64,000 bases of DNA from Arcobacteraceae bacterium (lineage in GTDB: Bacteria; Campylobacterota; Campylobacteria; Campylobacterales; Arcobacteraceae), in contig CBDCZH010000015.1 in assembly GCA_965224485.1 (NCBI GenBank), positions 480,001-544,000 on the forward strand, written 5' to 3'. Position 1 is the first letter of the stretch, and each line of letters begins with the position of its first letter. A program made the position numbers and the translations under genes. Under the pieces are notes generated by a model, which saw only the letters and a program-made list of their open reading frames with translations, had not been told where the DNA came from and did no database searches. Below are positions 21,081 through 31,313 of the stretch, piece by piece.

Positions 21081-21830
21081 ATGTATGATTTTATTGCAAT
21101 AAGCGATGTTTCTAAGGAATTAAAAAAATCAGCTTCTTTATTAAAAGAGTTAGATTTACATGTTCTTATAAGTGGAGAGGCAGGTGTTGGTAAAAAAACA
21201 CTTGCACAGTTTATAAATAATAACTCAGTAATTTATAATGCAAAAGAGCTTCAAAATGACATCAAAGAGAATGCAATTGAGCTTCAAAATGAAACTATTA
21301 TTCTTGATAAAATTGATACTTTAACAAATATTGATCTTTTCCTAACATGGATAGAAGAAAAAGATATCAGAGTATTGGCAACTTGCAAAAATAGTGACTT
21401 AAATAATAAACTTCTTTCTTTATTTTCTATTACTTTAGAAATTCCTCGTTTAGATCAAAGAAAAGAAGATGTAAAAAAACTTTCTTATAAGTTTGCTAAA
21501 GAAGCCTCAGAAGTTTTAGGAATTAAAAATAGACCTTCAAAACTTATAATAAATACAAAAAATAATGCTCACAGTTTAAGGAAATCAATATATTTTTCTT
21601 ATCTTTTTCAAAGTATTGGCGAAAATGAAATTATGATGCTATTAGAAGATTTTATGTTAGAGAATATGCAAGGTGAAAATTCTTATAGAGATTTTTTATA
21701 TCTTTTTGAAGCTCCATTATTAAGATCTGCTCAAAAAAAATATAAATCTCAAGTTCAAATGGCAAAAAATCTAGGACTAAATAGAATAACCTTAAGAAAG
21801 AAGATTGATACACATAAAGATCTTTTATGA
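21081..21830 (+). CDS. NtrC/Fis-family regulator with degenerate AAA+ domain and no receiver domain
   Basis: 'VLISGEAGVGKK' Walker A, 'IILDKID' altered Walker B, 'IPRLDQRKEDV', C-terminal HTH 'MAKNLGLNRITLRKKI'. Confidence 0.85.
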   Translation: MYDFIAISDVSKELKKSASLLKELDLHVLISGEAGVGKKTLAQFINNNSVIYNAKELQNDIKENAIELQNETIILDKIDTLTNIDLFLTWIEEKDIRVLATCKNSDLNNKLLSLFSITLEIPRLDQRKEDVKKLSYKFAKEASEVLGIKNRPSKLIINTKNNAHSLRKSIYFSYLFQSIGENEIMMLLEDFMLENMQGENSYRDFLYLFEAPLLRSAQKKYKSQVQMAKNLGLNRITLRKKIDTHKDLL

Positions 21831-24377
21831 TTAATAATGCACTTAATGATATGAACATTGAAGTTGAAGATTTAATTGCTAATAATGCTAGCGATTTTGA
21901 AATTTCAAAAGTTTTTAAAATCTATATCAAAAAATATATAAACTCAATAGATACAACTGTTAATACAACAGGAGGTAAAGATTTATTCGTTAAACATACA
22001 AAAACAACAGATAAATTTTTAATTTCTTTATATAAATATATTTTGCGAAAACACTTTGGTTCTTATCAACCAATGAGCACTTCTATTCCTATTACTTTAG
22101 TAGCCCTTGGTTCTTACGGACGTGAGCAGTTATGTATTTATTCTGATGTTGATTTAATGATTTTATATGAAGATGTAAAAGGTTATAACTTAAAAGCTAT
22201 TATGGAAGAGTTTATCACCTTAGCTTGGGACTGTGGGCTAAAATTGGGTTCAAGAGTACATGCTTTAAATGAAATACAAGAAGCAGTAAAAGAAGATATT
22301 ACAATAAAAACATCAATGATAGAATCAAGACTTATTTATGGTTCAAAATATCTTTGGTTTGCTTATGAAAATGTATTAAAAAAGATTAGACAAACCCAAC
22401 AACTAGAGTTTGTTCTTGAAAAAACACAAGAGCATAAAACAAGATTATTAAAATATCCCTTATGTATGCAGCCAAATGTTAAAGATGGTTACGGTGGTTT
22501 AAGAGAAGCAAATATGGTTTTTTGGATGGCTAATGTTATTTATGGGGTTAATAGATTAAGAGACTTAATGGATATTGTGTTTAGTGAAAAAGAGTATAGA
22601 GTATATAGAACCTCTTTAGAATACATTTTTCAAGTAAGAAATCATTTACATAATATTGCTAAAAAGAAATTAGATGTAGTGACTTTTGATGTGCTACCAG
22701 AATTAAGTACTAAACTAGGGTTTAGAAATAAAGAAAGAAGAACTAAAGAGAGACAGGCTATGGCCAAGATTTTAGAATCTTTACATAATGTTCATTTTTT
22801 TACAACAGTCATCACAAAAAAAATAGTAAGAAAAGTTCTATTTGATAAGAATAACTTTGCAATAATAAAAAAAACATAGATACAAAAAGAATTTATTTAT
22901 TTATGAAAATAAATTATATACTTCTTTTTGTGCAAAAGCCAAAACCTTAGATGTTTTATTAAAAGAAATTCTTCTTTTTCCAAATGAGGTAAAAAAGTTT
23001 GATAGATCATATATATATAATGTAAGCAAAACTATTATGCCAACGAAACAAAATAATACTCATAAAAATTTAATAAAGCAGATTTTATATAAAGAATCCT
23101 TGTACCCTATTATGAAACTTTTATATAATGCAAGAATTTTTAAAAGCATTTTTCCTGTTGCAAAACTAATAATAGACCAACCTCAATTTGATGGTTACCA
23201 TGAACTTCCTGTTGATGTGCACTCAATAAAAACATTAAAACACTTAGAAAATATTGAAGATGATTTTGTAAAAGAACTTTATTCCAAAATGGAAGAGAGA
23301 AATAAAGCTTTAGTAAGAATAGCAACATTTTTTCACGACATTGGAAAAGGAAGAATAAGTGATCATCATGAAGCAGGAGCAAATTTATTTAAATTCTTCT
23401 CTAAGGGTATTTTTATAGATTCAAGTGATATTGTAATAATTACAAAGTTAATAAAATACCACAATATTATGAGTCGTGTAGCAACAAATGAAGATATTTA
23501 TTCACAAAAAGTAATTCTTAGTTTTACAGCTCTTGTACAAAATAAGAGTTTCTTACAGATGTTGTATGTTTTAACCTATGCAGATATAAAAGCTGTTGGG
23601 AAAAATATTTATACTAGTTCAACTTCTTCTTTATTAAAAGTTTTATATACACAAAGTTTACCTGCTTTTGATAACATAGCTTTATTAAGTGAAAACTCAA
23701 GAAGAAACTCTAAAATGTCTACACTTAAAAATCTTACAAGATTTAAGAATCTATCTTCTTTAATGAAAAGAAAAATATCTTATATCTCTTCAAATCAAAT
23801 ATTTTTACAACTTAAAGCAAGTGAAATTTTAGACTTAGCAATAAGAGCGAAAGATGTAAAAGAATTTACATATAAAATTCTTAATGAAGAAGTTCTAATA
23901 ATTAGAATAATAAGAGCAATTCCTATTAATTTAGGTTATTTATTAGGAAAACTTGAATTTTTAGATATTACTACTATGAATATATATAAACTTTTTGATG
24001 AAAAAAAATGTTTTGAGATAAAATTTTCCCAAAAAGTGAATACAGATGATTTACTTTTTATAGAAGAAGTTGTTCAAAACTCAAGTAATATGCATATAAA
24101 TACAAAAATAAGCTCACCTTTGATAAAAAATAGTGAAATTATAATTGATTGCAATCATACTTCATATCTAGCTTCAATGAAAATAAAAACAAAAGATCAA
24201 AAAGGTTTATTGGCATATATAACAAAAATATTAGATGACTTTGAAGTTGAAATTGAAAGTGCTCAATTATATGCAAGTAGAGGGAAAGCAAGGGATTTAT
24301 TCTTAATTGAAAAAAATGGCAATTTTGTATCAAATGCCTTAGAAATAAAAGAACTCATTTGCTCAAATAGTAAATAA
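21827..24377 (+). pseudogene. glnD: P-II uridylyltransferase GlnD, split by one extra base in an A8 run (22867-22874)
   Basis: NTase 'ALGSYGREQLCIYSDVDL', 'PNVKDGYGGLRE'; HD 'QFDGYHELPVDVHS', 'FFHDIGKG'; ACT-like 'TKDQKGLL'. Deleting one A fuses ORFs 21827..22879 and 23037..24377 into 849 aa. Confidence 0.88.
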
Positions 24378-24387
24378 GTTCATATTA

Positions 24388-25275
24388 TTAGCTTTTCTTC
24401 TTTCTTAGTTTTTTAAAAGTATCTATTGAAAAAATAACTAAAGCTAACCAAATTAGAGAAAAACTTATAAGCTTATCAATGTTAAAATCTTCTTTATATA
24501 TAAAAATAGCTAATAAAAAAGTACAAGTAGGTCCAATATACTGAAAAAAACCTAAGCTAGTAAGTTTCATTCTAGTAGCAGCTCCATTGAATAAAAGCAA
24601 GGGAATAATAGTAACTAAACCTCCAAGACTCAGCATAATACTTATATAAGAACTAGAATTTAAAAATGACATAGTATTTGAAGAAATTATATAATACAAA
24701 AAACCCAAAGCAAAAGGCAGTAACATTAAGGTTTCAACAAAAAGTCCAACAATTGAGCCTACATTTATCTTTTTTCTAATCATTCCATAAAAAGCGAACG
24801 TAAAAGCTAAAGTAAGTGAAACAAGAGGAATAGAACCTAAAGAAATTATTTGATATAAAACAGCCATAAATGCTAGGAAAATTGCAAAATATTGATTTTT
24901 TGTCATTCTTTCTTGAAAAATTAAAAAACCTAATAATACATTTACTAATGGATTTATATAATATCCAAGTGCTGTTTCAATTATTCTGTCATTTGCAACA
25001 GCCCATATAAAAACAATCCAATTTAAAGAAATAAAAATTGTTGAGAAAAAAAGATATTTTAGTTTTTTAGTATCTTTTAATAAAGTTTTTAAAACATCTA
25101 TTTGATTATTTAAAAACAAAAGTGGTATTAAAATTATAAAAGACCAAATAATTCTATGCATTAAAACTTCCAAGGGTTCAACACTTGCTACTTGTTTAAA
25201 ATATATTGGAGCTAATGCTCCCCAAAATAAAAATGCAAAAACTGCATAAATTTGTCCTAATTTGTTTTCATTCAT
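24388..25275 (-). CDS. rarD: EamA-family transporter RarD
   Basis: 'LGYYINPLVNVLLG', 'LGFFQYIGPT'. Confidence 0.92.
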   Translation of the reverse strand: MNENKLGQIYAVFAFLFWGALAPIYFKQVASVEPLEVLMHRIIWSFIILIPLLFLNNQIDVLKTLLKDTKKLKYLFFSTIFISLNWIVFIWAVANDRIIETALGYYINPLVNVLLGFLIFQERMTKNQYFAIFLAFMAVLYQIISLGSIPLVSLTLAFTFAFYGMIRKKINVGSIVGLFVETLMLLPFALGFLYYIISSNTMSFLNSSSYISIMLSLGGLVTIIPLLLFNGAATRMKLTSLGFFQYIGPTCTFLLAIFIYKEDFNIDKLISFSLIWLALVIFSIDTFKKLRKKKS

Positions 25276-25290
25276 ATCTAATCACTTTTA

Positions 25291-25517
25291 TTAAAATAGT
25301 TCTTTTATTTCTTCAACACTTAGAAGTTTTCAGTACTTTTAACTTCACCATTAATTACTAAAGCAGGAGTACTCATAACACCATAGTTCATGATTTTTTC
25401 TAAATCATCTACTTTTATGATTTGAGCAAATGATTTAGCCTCACTTACAGCTTTTTGTGCATTTAACATTAAAGTTTCACACTTTTTACAGCCTGTTCCT
25501 AAAATTTCTATTTTCAA
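25291..25517 (-). CDS. Small thioredoxin-like redox protein (MTH895 family), apparent frameshift near 25331
   Basis: 'IEILGTGCKKC', 'YGVMSTPALVINGEVKST'; one extra G restores the usual tail GKLLSVEEIKELF* ending 25291. Confidence 0.85.
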
Positions 25518-25556
25518 ATTTATCCTTTAAATTTATATATTATTCATAATATAAGT

Positions 25557-26516
25557 CTATAAAATTGCATTAAATACATAACCAATTAGTATTATACCAC
25601 TTCCTACAATGAAAAAAAACAAAGCTATTAATTTTATATGTAATAATCTTTTTAATATCATTGCTTCTGGAAAAGACAAGGCAGTAACAGCCATCATAAA
25701 AGATAAAGCAGTTCCTAAAAGCATACCTTTTTGGGTTAATACTTCAATTAAAGGCATAACTCCAGCAGCTCCTGAATACATTGGTATTCCTAAAATTACA
25801 GCTAAAGGAACAGTATACCAAGCATCACCACCTGCCCATTTTGCTATAAAATCAGTAGGAACATATCCATGAATCATGGCACCAACAATAATTCCAACAA
25901 TTACATATAAATAAATCTTTTTAAATAAATCAAAAGTATAAGCCCAAGATTCTTTAATTCTTGATTTTGTATTAAGTTTTATTTTAGGATTAGAGCAACA
26001 TCCCTGCATTACTTTTACATCTATTAAAATATATTTTTCAACATTCATTTTTCCAATTACATAACCACCTACAATTGCAATAAATAAACCAAAACCTATA
26101 TAAAGAAGTGTTATTTTCCAACCAAAAAGAGTAAAAAGTAAGGCTATTGCAATTTCATTATTTAAAGGTGCAGATATTAAAAAAGAAAAGGTAACACCTA
26201 AAGGAATTCTAGCTTGCAAAAAACCTAAAAATAAAGGAATAGCACTACAGGTGCAAAAAGGAGTGATTATTCCAAACAAAGAAGCTAAAACATTACCTGT
26301 AAATTCTGATTTTCCTTGTAAATAAGCTCTAACTTTTTCTACATTAAACCAAGTTCTTAAATAAGAAACAAGAAAGATAATACCAAGAAGTAAGATAAAA
26401 ATTTTTACTGTATCATAAATAAAAAAATGAATAGCCTGTGCAAACTTACTACTAGAACTTAAGTTCAGTAAAGAATATATCAAATAATCAACAAGTTTTT
26501 CCCAATAAAAAAACAT
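25557..26516 (-). CDS. arsP: ArsP/DUF318-family permease
   Basis: 'TPFCTCSAIP', 'FSFLISAP', 'FMMAVTALSFPE'; in ars cluster. Confidence 0.85.
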   Translation of the reverse strand: MFFYWEKLVDYLIYSLLNLSSSSKFAQAIHFFIYDTVKIFILLLGIIFLVSYLRTWFNVEKVRAYLQGKSEFTGNVLASLFGIITPFCTCSAIPLFLGFLQARIPLGVTFSFLISAPLNNEIAIALLFTLFGWKITLLYIGFGLFIAIVGGYVIGKMNVEKYILIDVKVMQGCCSNPKIKLNTKSRIKESWAYTFDLFKKIYLYVIVGIIVGAMIHGYVPTDFIAKWAGGDAWYTVPLAVILGIPMYSGAAGVMPLIEVLTQKGMLLGTALSFMMAVTALSFPEAMILKRLLHIKLIALFFFIVGSGIILIGYVFNAIL

Positions 26517-26917
26517 TATACACCTAACTCTGCTTTAATTTTAGGCACTAAAACACTTTTAATTTCATCATAAGTATCCAAAAAAGCTAAATAATCTTTT
26601 CCATTGGGATCTTCAAATCCTATATGAATTATTTTTGAAGCTTTTGGAAAAATAGGACAATTTTCACTTGCATTGCTGCAAACAGTAACTACTAAATCAT
26701 AATCATTTCTAATAACAGCTTCAAGGGTTTTACTATGATAATATTCTTGCCAAATACCTTTTTCTTTTAATACTTTTATAGCATTTGCATTTACTTCCAT
26801 ACTTGCTTTTACCCCAGAAGAATCAGCTTGAATATCTTTACAATTTGCATTTATTAAAGCTTCTGCGATTATACTTCTGCAAGAGTTTCCTGTACATAAA
26901 ATTAAAACTTTTTTCAT
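26516..26917 (-). CDS. arsC: Arsenate reductase, thioredoxin-coupled LMW-PTP type
   Basis: 'LCTGNSCRS' CX5R plus 'VTVC...ENCPIFP', 'FEDP'. Confidence 0.93.
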   Translation of the reverse strand: MKKVLILCTGNSCRSIIAEALINANCKDIQADSSGVKASMEVNANAIKVLKEKGIWQEYYHSKTLEAVIRNDYDLVVTVCSNASENCPIFPKASKIIHIGFEDPNGKDYLAFLDTYDEIKSVLVPKIKAELGV

Positions 26918-26945
26918 TTAATATCCTTTATAATTTTTAAATATT

Positions 26946-28196
26946 TTATAAGGCTAATAAAACTATTAGCAAGACAGGAGGAGTTATAAGTAAACCAAAT
27001 TTACTATATTGTAAAAATGAGATATGAACTCCTTTTTTAGCTAAAACATGCAACCATAATAAAGTAGCTAGTGAGCCAAAAGGCGTCATTTTAGGTCCTA
27101 AGTTACATCCTATTATATTTGCATATGCTAAAGCTTTATTTGGTATATCTTGTAAGGCTATATCCATAATCATAACAGTTGGCATATTATTCATAATAGC
27201 TGATAAAAAAGCAGAAATAAAACCAGTTCCAAGAATTGCAATAGTATCACCACGTTTTGATAAATATTGTAAAACAAGAGCTAAATAATCAGTTAAACCT
27301 GCATTTTTTAAACCATATACAACAATATATAAACCAATACTAAACCAAACTACTTGCCAAGGTGCATTTTTTATAATATGTAGTGGTTCAACACTTTTAA
27401 ACAAGGTAGCAATTATTAAAAAAAGTATCCCTCCTCCTAGTGCAAAAACTGAAATTGGTAAATTATAAATATCTCCTATAAAATATCCAGCTAATAAAAG
27501 AGCTAAAAAAATCCAAGAAAGATTAAATAAAGTTTTATTTTTAATAACAGTACTTGGCTCTGGTAATAAAGATATATCTACATGTTTTGGTAAATCTTTT
27601 CTTAAAATTAACCATAAGAAAAAAATTGAACTTATTACACTTATTATAAAAGGAAAAAACATATTTGAAATATATTCATTAAAACCAATATTAAAATAAT
27701 TAGCAGTTACAATGTTTGTAAGGTTTGAGAATACTAAAGGAAGTGATGCAGAATCTGATATAAATCCACCTGCTAGTAAAAAGGAAATAATTGTTTTAGT
27801 ATTTAATTTTAAAACTCTCATTTTAGAGAGTAAAATAGGAGTTAAGATTAAAGCAGCTCCATCATTTGCAAATAAAGCAGATACAAAAGCTCCTAATAAA
27901 ATAGAATAAATAAACATTTTCAAAGTATTTCCCTTTGAAAATTTAGCCATTTTAAGTGCACACCATTCAAAAAAACCAATTTCATCCAAAACCATAGACA
28001 AGATGATAATACCTATAAAAGATAAGGTTGCATCCCAAACAATATCACTTACAATTAAAACATCATTTAAACTAACAACTCCTAAAAGCAAAGCTACAAT
28101 AGCACCAACAACAGCACTAGTTCCAATTTGTAGATTTTTAGGTTGCCAAATTACAAAAACTAAAGTAACTAGAAAAATACCACTTGCTAATAACAT
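26946..28196 (-). CDS. arsB: Arsenite efflux pump ArsB
   Basis: 'VIWQPK', 'FANDGAALILTP', 'MNNMPTV', 'LGPKMTPFGSLATLLW'. Confidence 0.96.
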   Translation of the reverse strand: MLLASGIFLVTLVFVIWQPKNLQIGTSAVVGAIVALLLGVVSLNDVLIVSDIVWDATLSFIGIIILSMVLDEIGFFEWCALKMAKFSKGNTLKMFIYSILLGAFVSALFANDGAALILTPILLSKMRVLKLNTKTIISFLLAGGFISDSASLPLVFSNLTNIVTANYFNIGFNEYISNMFFPFIISVISSIFFLWLILRKDLPKHVDISLLPEPSTVIKNKTLFNLSWIFLALLLAGYFIGDIYNLPISVFALGGGILFLIIATLFKSVEPLHIIKNAPWQVVWFSIGLYIVVYGLKNAGLTDYLALVLQYLSKRGDTIAILGTGFISAFLSAIMNNMPTVMIMDIALQDIPNKALAYANIIGCNLGPKMTPFGSLATLLWLHVLAKKGVHISFLQYSKFGLLITPPVLLIVLLAL

Positions 28197-28219
28197 ATTC
28201 TCTCCTATTTATATATTCT

Positions 28220-28241
28220 TATATCAAGATATATTGATATA
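28220..28241. promoter_or_regulatory. Putative ArsR operator upstream of arsB
   Basis: tATATCAAgATATaTTGATATa; same core as the palindrome upstream of arsR. Confidence 0.75.
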
Positions 28242-28246
28242 TTTAT

Positions 28247-28269
28247 CAAAAGTAAACCTTAGGTTTACT
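28247..28269 (-). terminator. Hairpin at end of the arsR-GGCT unit
   Basis: AGTAAACCT-T-AGGTTTACT (28251-28269), followed by TTTG on the minus strand. Confidence 0.5.
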
Positions 28270-28615
28270 CCTCAATCTCTTCATCACTTGCTTTTAAAAC
28301 ATATATATATGTGTCAACTTCTAATTCATCGTAACGCTCAACTTGTACAGGACTTCTAAAAAACTCTTCACCTTCAAATTCATCAAGATTATCCCAGTGA
28401 TTAATTAAATTATTTGAAGTAAACAAAAAACCGTGAATAGTATCACCTTCTTCATCTAATTTAATTCCAGGGTATCCCATAGAAGCAGACCAACCTGCAT
28501 CTTTTAAATAACCTCTTACAGTTGCTGGTAAAAATTTACCTACAATATTTTCTAAAACATGTCCATTAGGACAGTTTGGCATCAAAGTACCATATACAAA
28601 AAGTGTTTCACTCAT
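28265..28615 (-). CDS. Gamma-glutamylcyclotransferase (AIG2-like/YtfP) family protein
   Basis: 'LFVYGTLM', 'GYPGI', 'LDEFEG'; ATGA overlap with arsR. Confidence 0.88.
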   Translation of the reverse strand: MSETLFVYGTLMPNCPNGHVLENIVGKFLPATVRGYLKDAGWSASMGYPGIKLDEEGDTIHGFLFTSNNLINHWDNLDEFEGEEFFRSPVQVERYDELEVDTYIYVLKASDEEIEE

Positions 28616-28923
28616 TTGTTATCACATGCTCTTTCTAATTTTGGTAAGTCTATATTTAAAGTCATAATTTCTTTCATACAAGAAATTCTAAACTCATCTA
28701 AAGGTGCTCGTAAAGAATAATAAGCCCAACGACCTACTCTCTCAACTCTTAAGAACCCAGCTTCTTTTAAAATTTTTAAATGCCTTGAGAGTCTTGATTG
28801 AATCATATCAAAAGAGACTTCTAAATCACAAACACAACATTTATCATGAAGATTTATAAACTTTAAAATCTTAACTCTTGTTTCATCATTTAACGCAGCA
28901 GCAGATTTTAAAAATACATCCAT
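28612..28923 (-). CDS. arsR: ArsR/SmtB-family repressor
   Basis: 'ALNDETRVKIL...CCVCDL...QSRLSRHLKILKEAG'. Confidence 0.93.
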   Translation of the reverse strand: MDVFLKSAAALNDETRVKILKFINLHDKCCVCDLEVSFDMIQSRLSRHLKILKEAGFLRVERVGRWAYYSLRAPLDEFRISCMKEIMTLNIDLPKLERACDNK

Positions 28924-28956
28924 AAATTCTCCTTTTTAGAAGTATAGCGTAAAAAT

Positions 28957-28988
28957 ATTAACATATCAACATATCTTGATATGTTAAT
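28957..28988. promoter_or_regulatory. Putative ArsR operator upstream of arsR
   Basis: ATTAACATATCAA cATATc TTGATATGTTAAT, 32-bp palindrome with one mismatched pair. Confidence 0.8.
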
Positions 28989-28994
28989 TAAGAT

Positions 28995-29027
28995 AAAAGG
29001 AAAATAGTTAAATTCTATTCTCCTTTT
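28995..29027 (-). terminator. Probable intrinsic terminator of tkt
   Basis: Minus strand AAAAGGAGAATAG-7nt-CTATTTTCCTTTT just after the tkt stop. Confidence 0.6.
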
Positions 29028-29040
29028 AAATTATAAAATT

Positions 29041-30951
29041 CTATAAATCGTTTTTAATTTTTGCTTTTAATTTATCAATTGTAAAACCAAATTCTTCAAA
29101 TAATTCAGGAGCAGGACCACTTGCACCAAAAGTATCCATACCATAAACAACATCAGCATATTTATAATATTCTAATGCACGAGCAGCTTCTACTGCAAAT
29201 ACTTTTGTTTCTTTTTTAATAACTTGGTCAACATAAACTTGATCTTGTTCTAAAAATAGATCAAAACAAGGAACAGAAACAATATTTGCTAAAATTCCAT
29301 CTTTCTCTAGGGCACAAGCAGTTTGTAAAGCTAACATAAGTTCAGATCCAGAAGCCATGATAGTAATACTTGCATTTTCTCTTTTTTTAAGTAAATAAGC
29401 ACCTTTTGAAACTTCTCCAAACTCTTTGTCATCTTTTAAGACTTGAAGTCCTTGACGTGAACAAACAAAAGCAGAAGGAGCATTTAATTTTAATGCTGTT
29501 TTCCAAGAAGCCACATTTTCAGTAGCATCTGCTGGTCTAAATACATAAAAGTTAGGTAAGGCTCTAAATTGTGATAAGTGCTCAATCGGTTGATGAGTTG
29601 GTCCATCTTCACCAACTCCAATTGAATCATGAGTCCAAATAAAGTGCTGAGGAATTGAAGCAAGAGCAGCTATTCGTGCAGCTGGTTTTAAATAATCAGA
29701 GAAAACAAAAAATGTAGCTGAATATACTCTAAATAAACCATATAAATTCATAGCATTTGTAATTGAAGCCATTGCATGCTCTTTTATTCCAAAATGAATA
29801 TTTTTACCATTTGGGAAATCACCAGCATCTTTTAGTTCTGTTTTATTAGAAGGTGCTAAATCAGCAGACCCACCTAAAAATCCAGGAATACTTTGTGCAA
29901 TAGCATTTAAAATCTTATGATTTGAATCTCGTGTTGCTACTTTTGAATCAGCTTCAAAAGTAGGATATACAATTGAATCAAAATTAGGATTTTGTAAATC
30001 TTCTATTTTATCTTTTGTATTGGCACTTAAAGAAGAGTTCCAAGATTTTTCTAGTGCTTCTCCTGTTTTACTTTTATCAAAAGCAGCTTTTACCTCAGAT
30101 GAAACTACAAAAGTTTCATTTTCATCAAAACCAGCTAATTTTTTAGATGCGGCTATTTCTTTATCACCTAAAGGAGAACCATGAGTATGATGACTTCCTT
30201 CCATTGTTGCAGCTCCTTTACCAATAGAAGTATTAGCAATAATTAAAACTGGTTTTGTAGCACTTTTAGCACAAGTTAAAGCATTATTAATTTCATCAAA
30301 GTTATGCCCATCTATTTCAATTACTTCAAAATCAATAGCTTCAAATCTAGTTTTTACATCTTCACTCCAAGCAAGTGATGTATCACCTTCAATAGTAATA
30401 TTATTTGAATCATAAATAATTACTAAATTATCTAATTTATGATGTCCAGCAGTTGCAGTTGCTTCATAAGATAATCCTTCTTGTAAATCTCCATCTCCAC
30501 ATAAACAATAAACTTTATGATTTATTACATCAGATCCTAATAGTTTTTTTGCATATTTCGAAGCCATTGAAAAACCAACAGCATTTGCAATACCTTGTCC
30601 TAAAGGACCAGTTGTAATTTCAATACCATGAGTATGTCCATATTCAGGATGACCTGGAGTTCTTGAGTGTGTTTGTCTAAAGTTTTTCATATCTGCAATA
30701 CTTAAATCAAAACCCCAAAGGTGAAGTAATGAATATACTAATCCAGTTGCATGACCTCCTGAGAATACCAATCTATCTCTATTTAACCACTTAGAGTTTC
30801 CTGGGTTTACATTTAGATGTGAGCTTAATACTGTTGCGATATCTGCAAGTCCCATAGGCGCACCTGGGTGTCCTGAGTTCGCTTTTTGCACCATATCAGC
30901 TGCTAAAAATCTAATTGTATCTGCTTGTTTTTGAAGTAAATCTTGTGACAT
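29041..30951 (-). CDS. tkt: Transketolase
   Basis: 'NSGHPGAPMG', 'TTGPLGQG', 'GDGDLQEG', 'THDSIGVGEDGPTHQP'. Confidence 0.98.
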   Translation of the reverse strand: MSQDLLQKQADTIRFLAADMVQKANSGHPGAPMGLADIATVLSSHLNVNPGNSKWLNRDRLVFSGGHATGLVYSLLHLWGFDLSIADMKNFRQTHSRTPGHPEYGHTHGIEITTGPLGQGIANAVGFSMASKYAKKLLGSDVINHKVYCLCGDGDLQEGLSYEATATAGHHKLDNLVIIYDSNNITIEGDTSLAWSEDVKTRFEAIDFEVIEIDGHNFDEINNALTCAKSATKPVLIIANTSIGKGAATMEGSHHTHGSPLGDKEIAASKKLAGFDENETFVVSSEVKAAFDKSKTGEALEKSWNSSLSANTKDKIEDLQNPNFDSIVYPTFEADSKVATRDSNHKILNAIAQSIPGFLGGSADLAPSNKTELKDAGDFPNGKNIHFGIKEHAMASITNAMNLYGLFRVYSATFFVFSDYLKPAARIAALASIPQHFIWTHDSIGVGEDGPTHQPIEHLSQFRALPNFYVFRPADATENVASWKTALKLNAPSAFVCSRQGLQVLKDDKEFGEVSKGAYLLKKRENASITIMASGSELMLALQTACALEKDGILANIVSVPCFDLFLEQDQVYVDQVIKKETKVFAVEAARALEYYKYADVVYGMDTFGASGPAPELFEEFGFTIDKLKAKIKNDL

Positions 30952-31043
30952 AAGTATCCTAGTTATTGATTTATATTTAATTTTATGCGATTATATCTAA
31001 TTTTTATTAAAGAGTATTTTAAGGTCTTAACAGTATTTATTTT

Positions 31044-31301
31044 TTAACTATGTAAATTAGGTTCTTCAAAAAAATCTTTTATATTTACATCTAAGATATA
31101 TGCTATCTTACTTAAGTGTTCTACGTTAAAATGGTAACCCTTATGGCTTACTTCAGCATAAGATATTACACTTACACTTTTATGTCCTATTGCTTGAGAT
31201 AGTGCTAGTTGAGAAAAACCTTTTTCTACTCTTATTCTTTTTACATTTTTTCCAATTAGTTCTTGAAATGATTTAATATCAAAGTCGTCTATATTATTCA
31301 T
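31044..31301 (-). CDS. XRE-family HTH regulator
   Basis: 'IGKNVKRIRVEKGFSQLALSQAIG...LSKIAYILDV...FF'. Confidence 0.85.
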   Translation of the reverse strand: MNNIDDFDIKSFQELIGKNVKRIRVEKGFSQLALSQAIGHKSVSVISYAEVSHKGYHFNVEHLSKIAYILDVNIKDFFEEPNLHS

Positions 31302-31313
31302 ATTTAGAATGCT

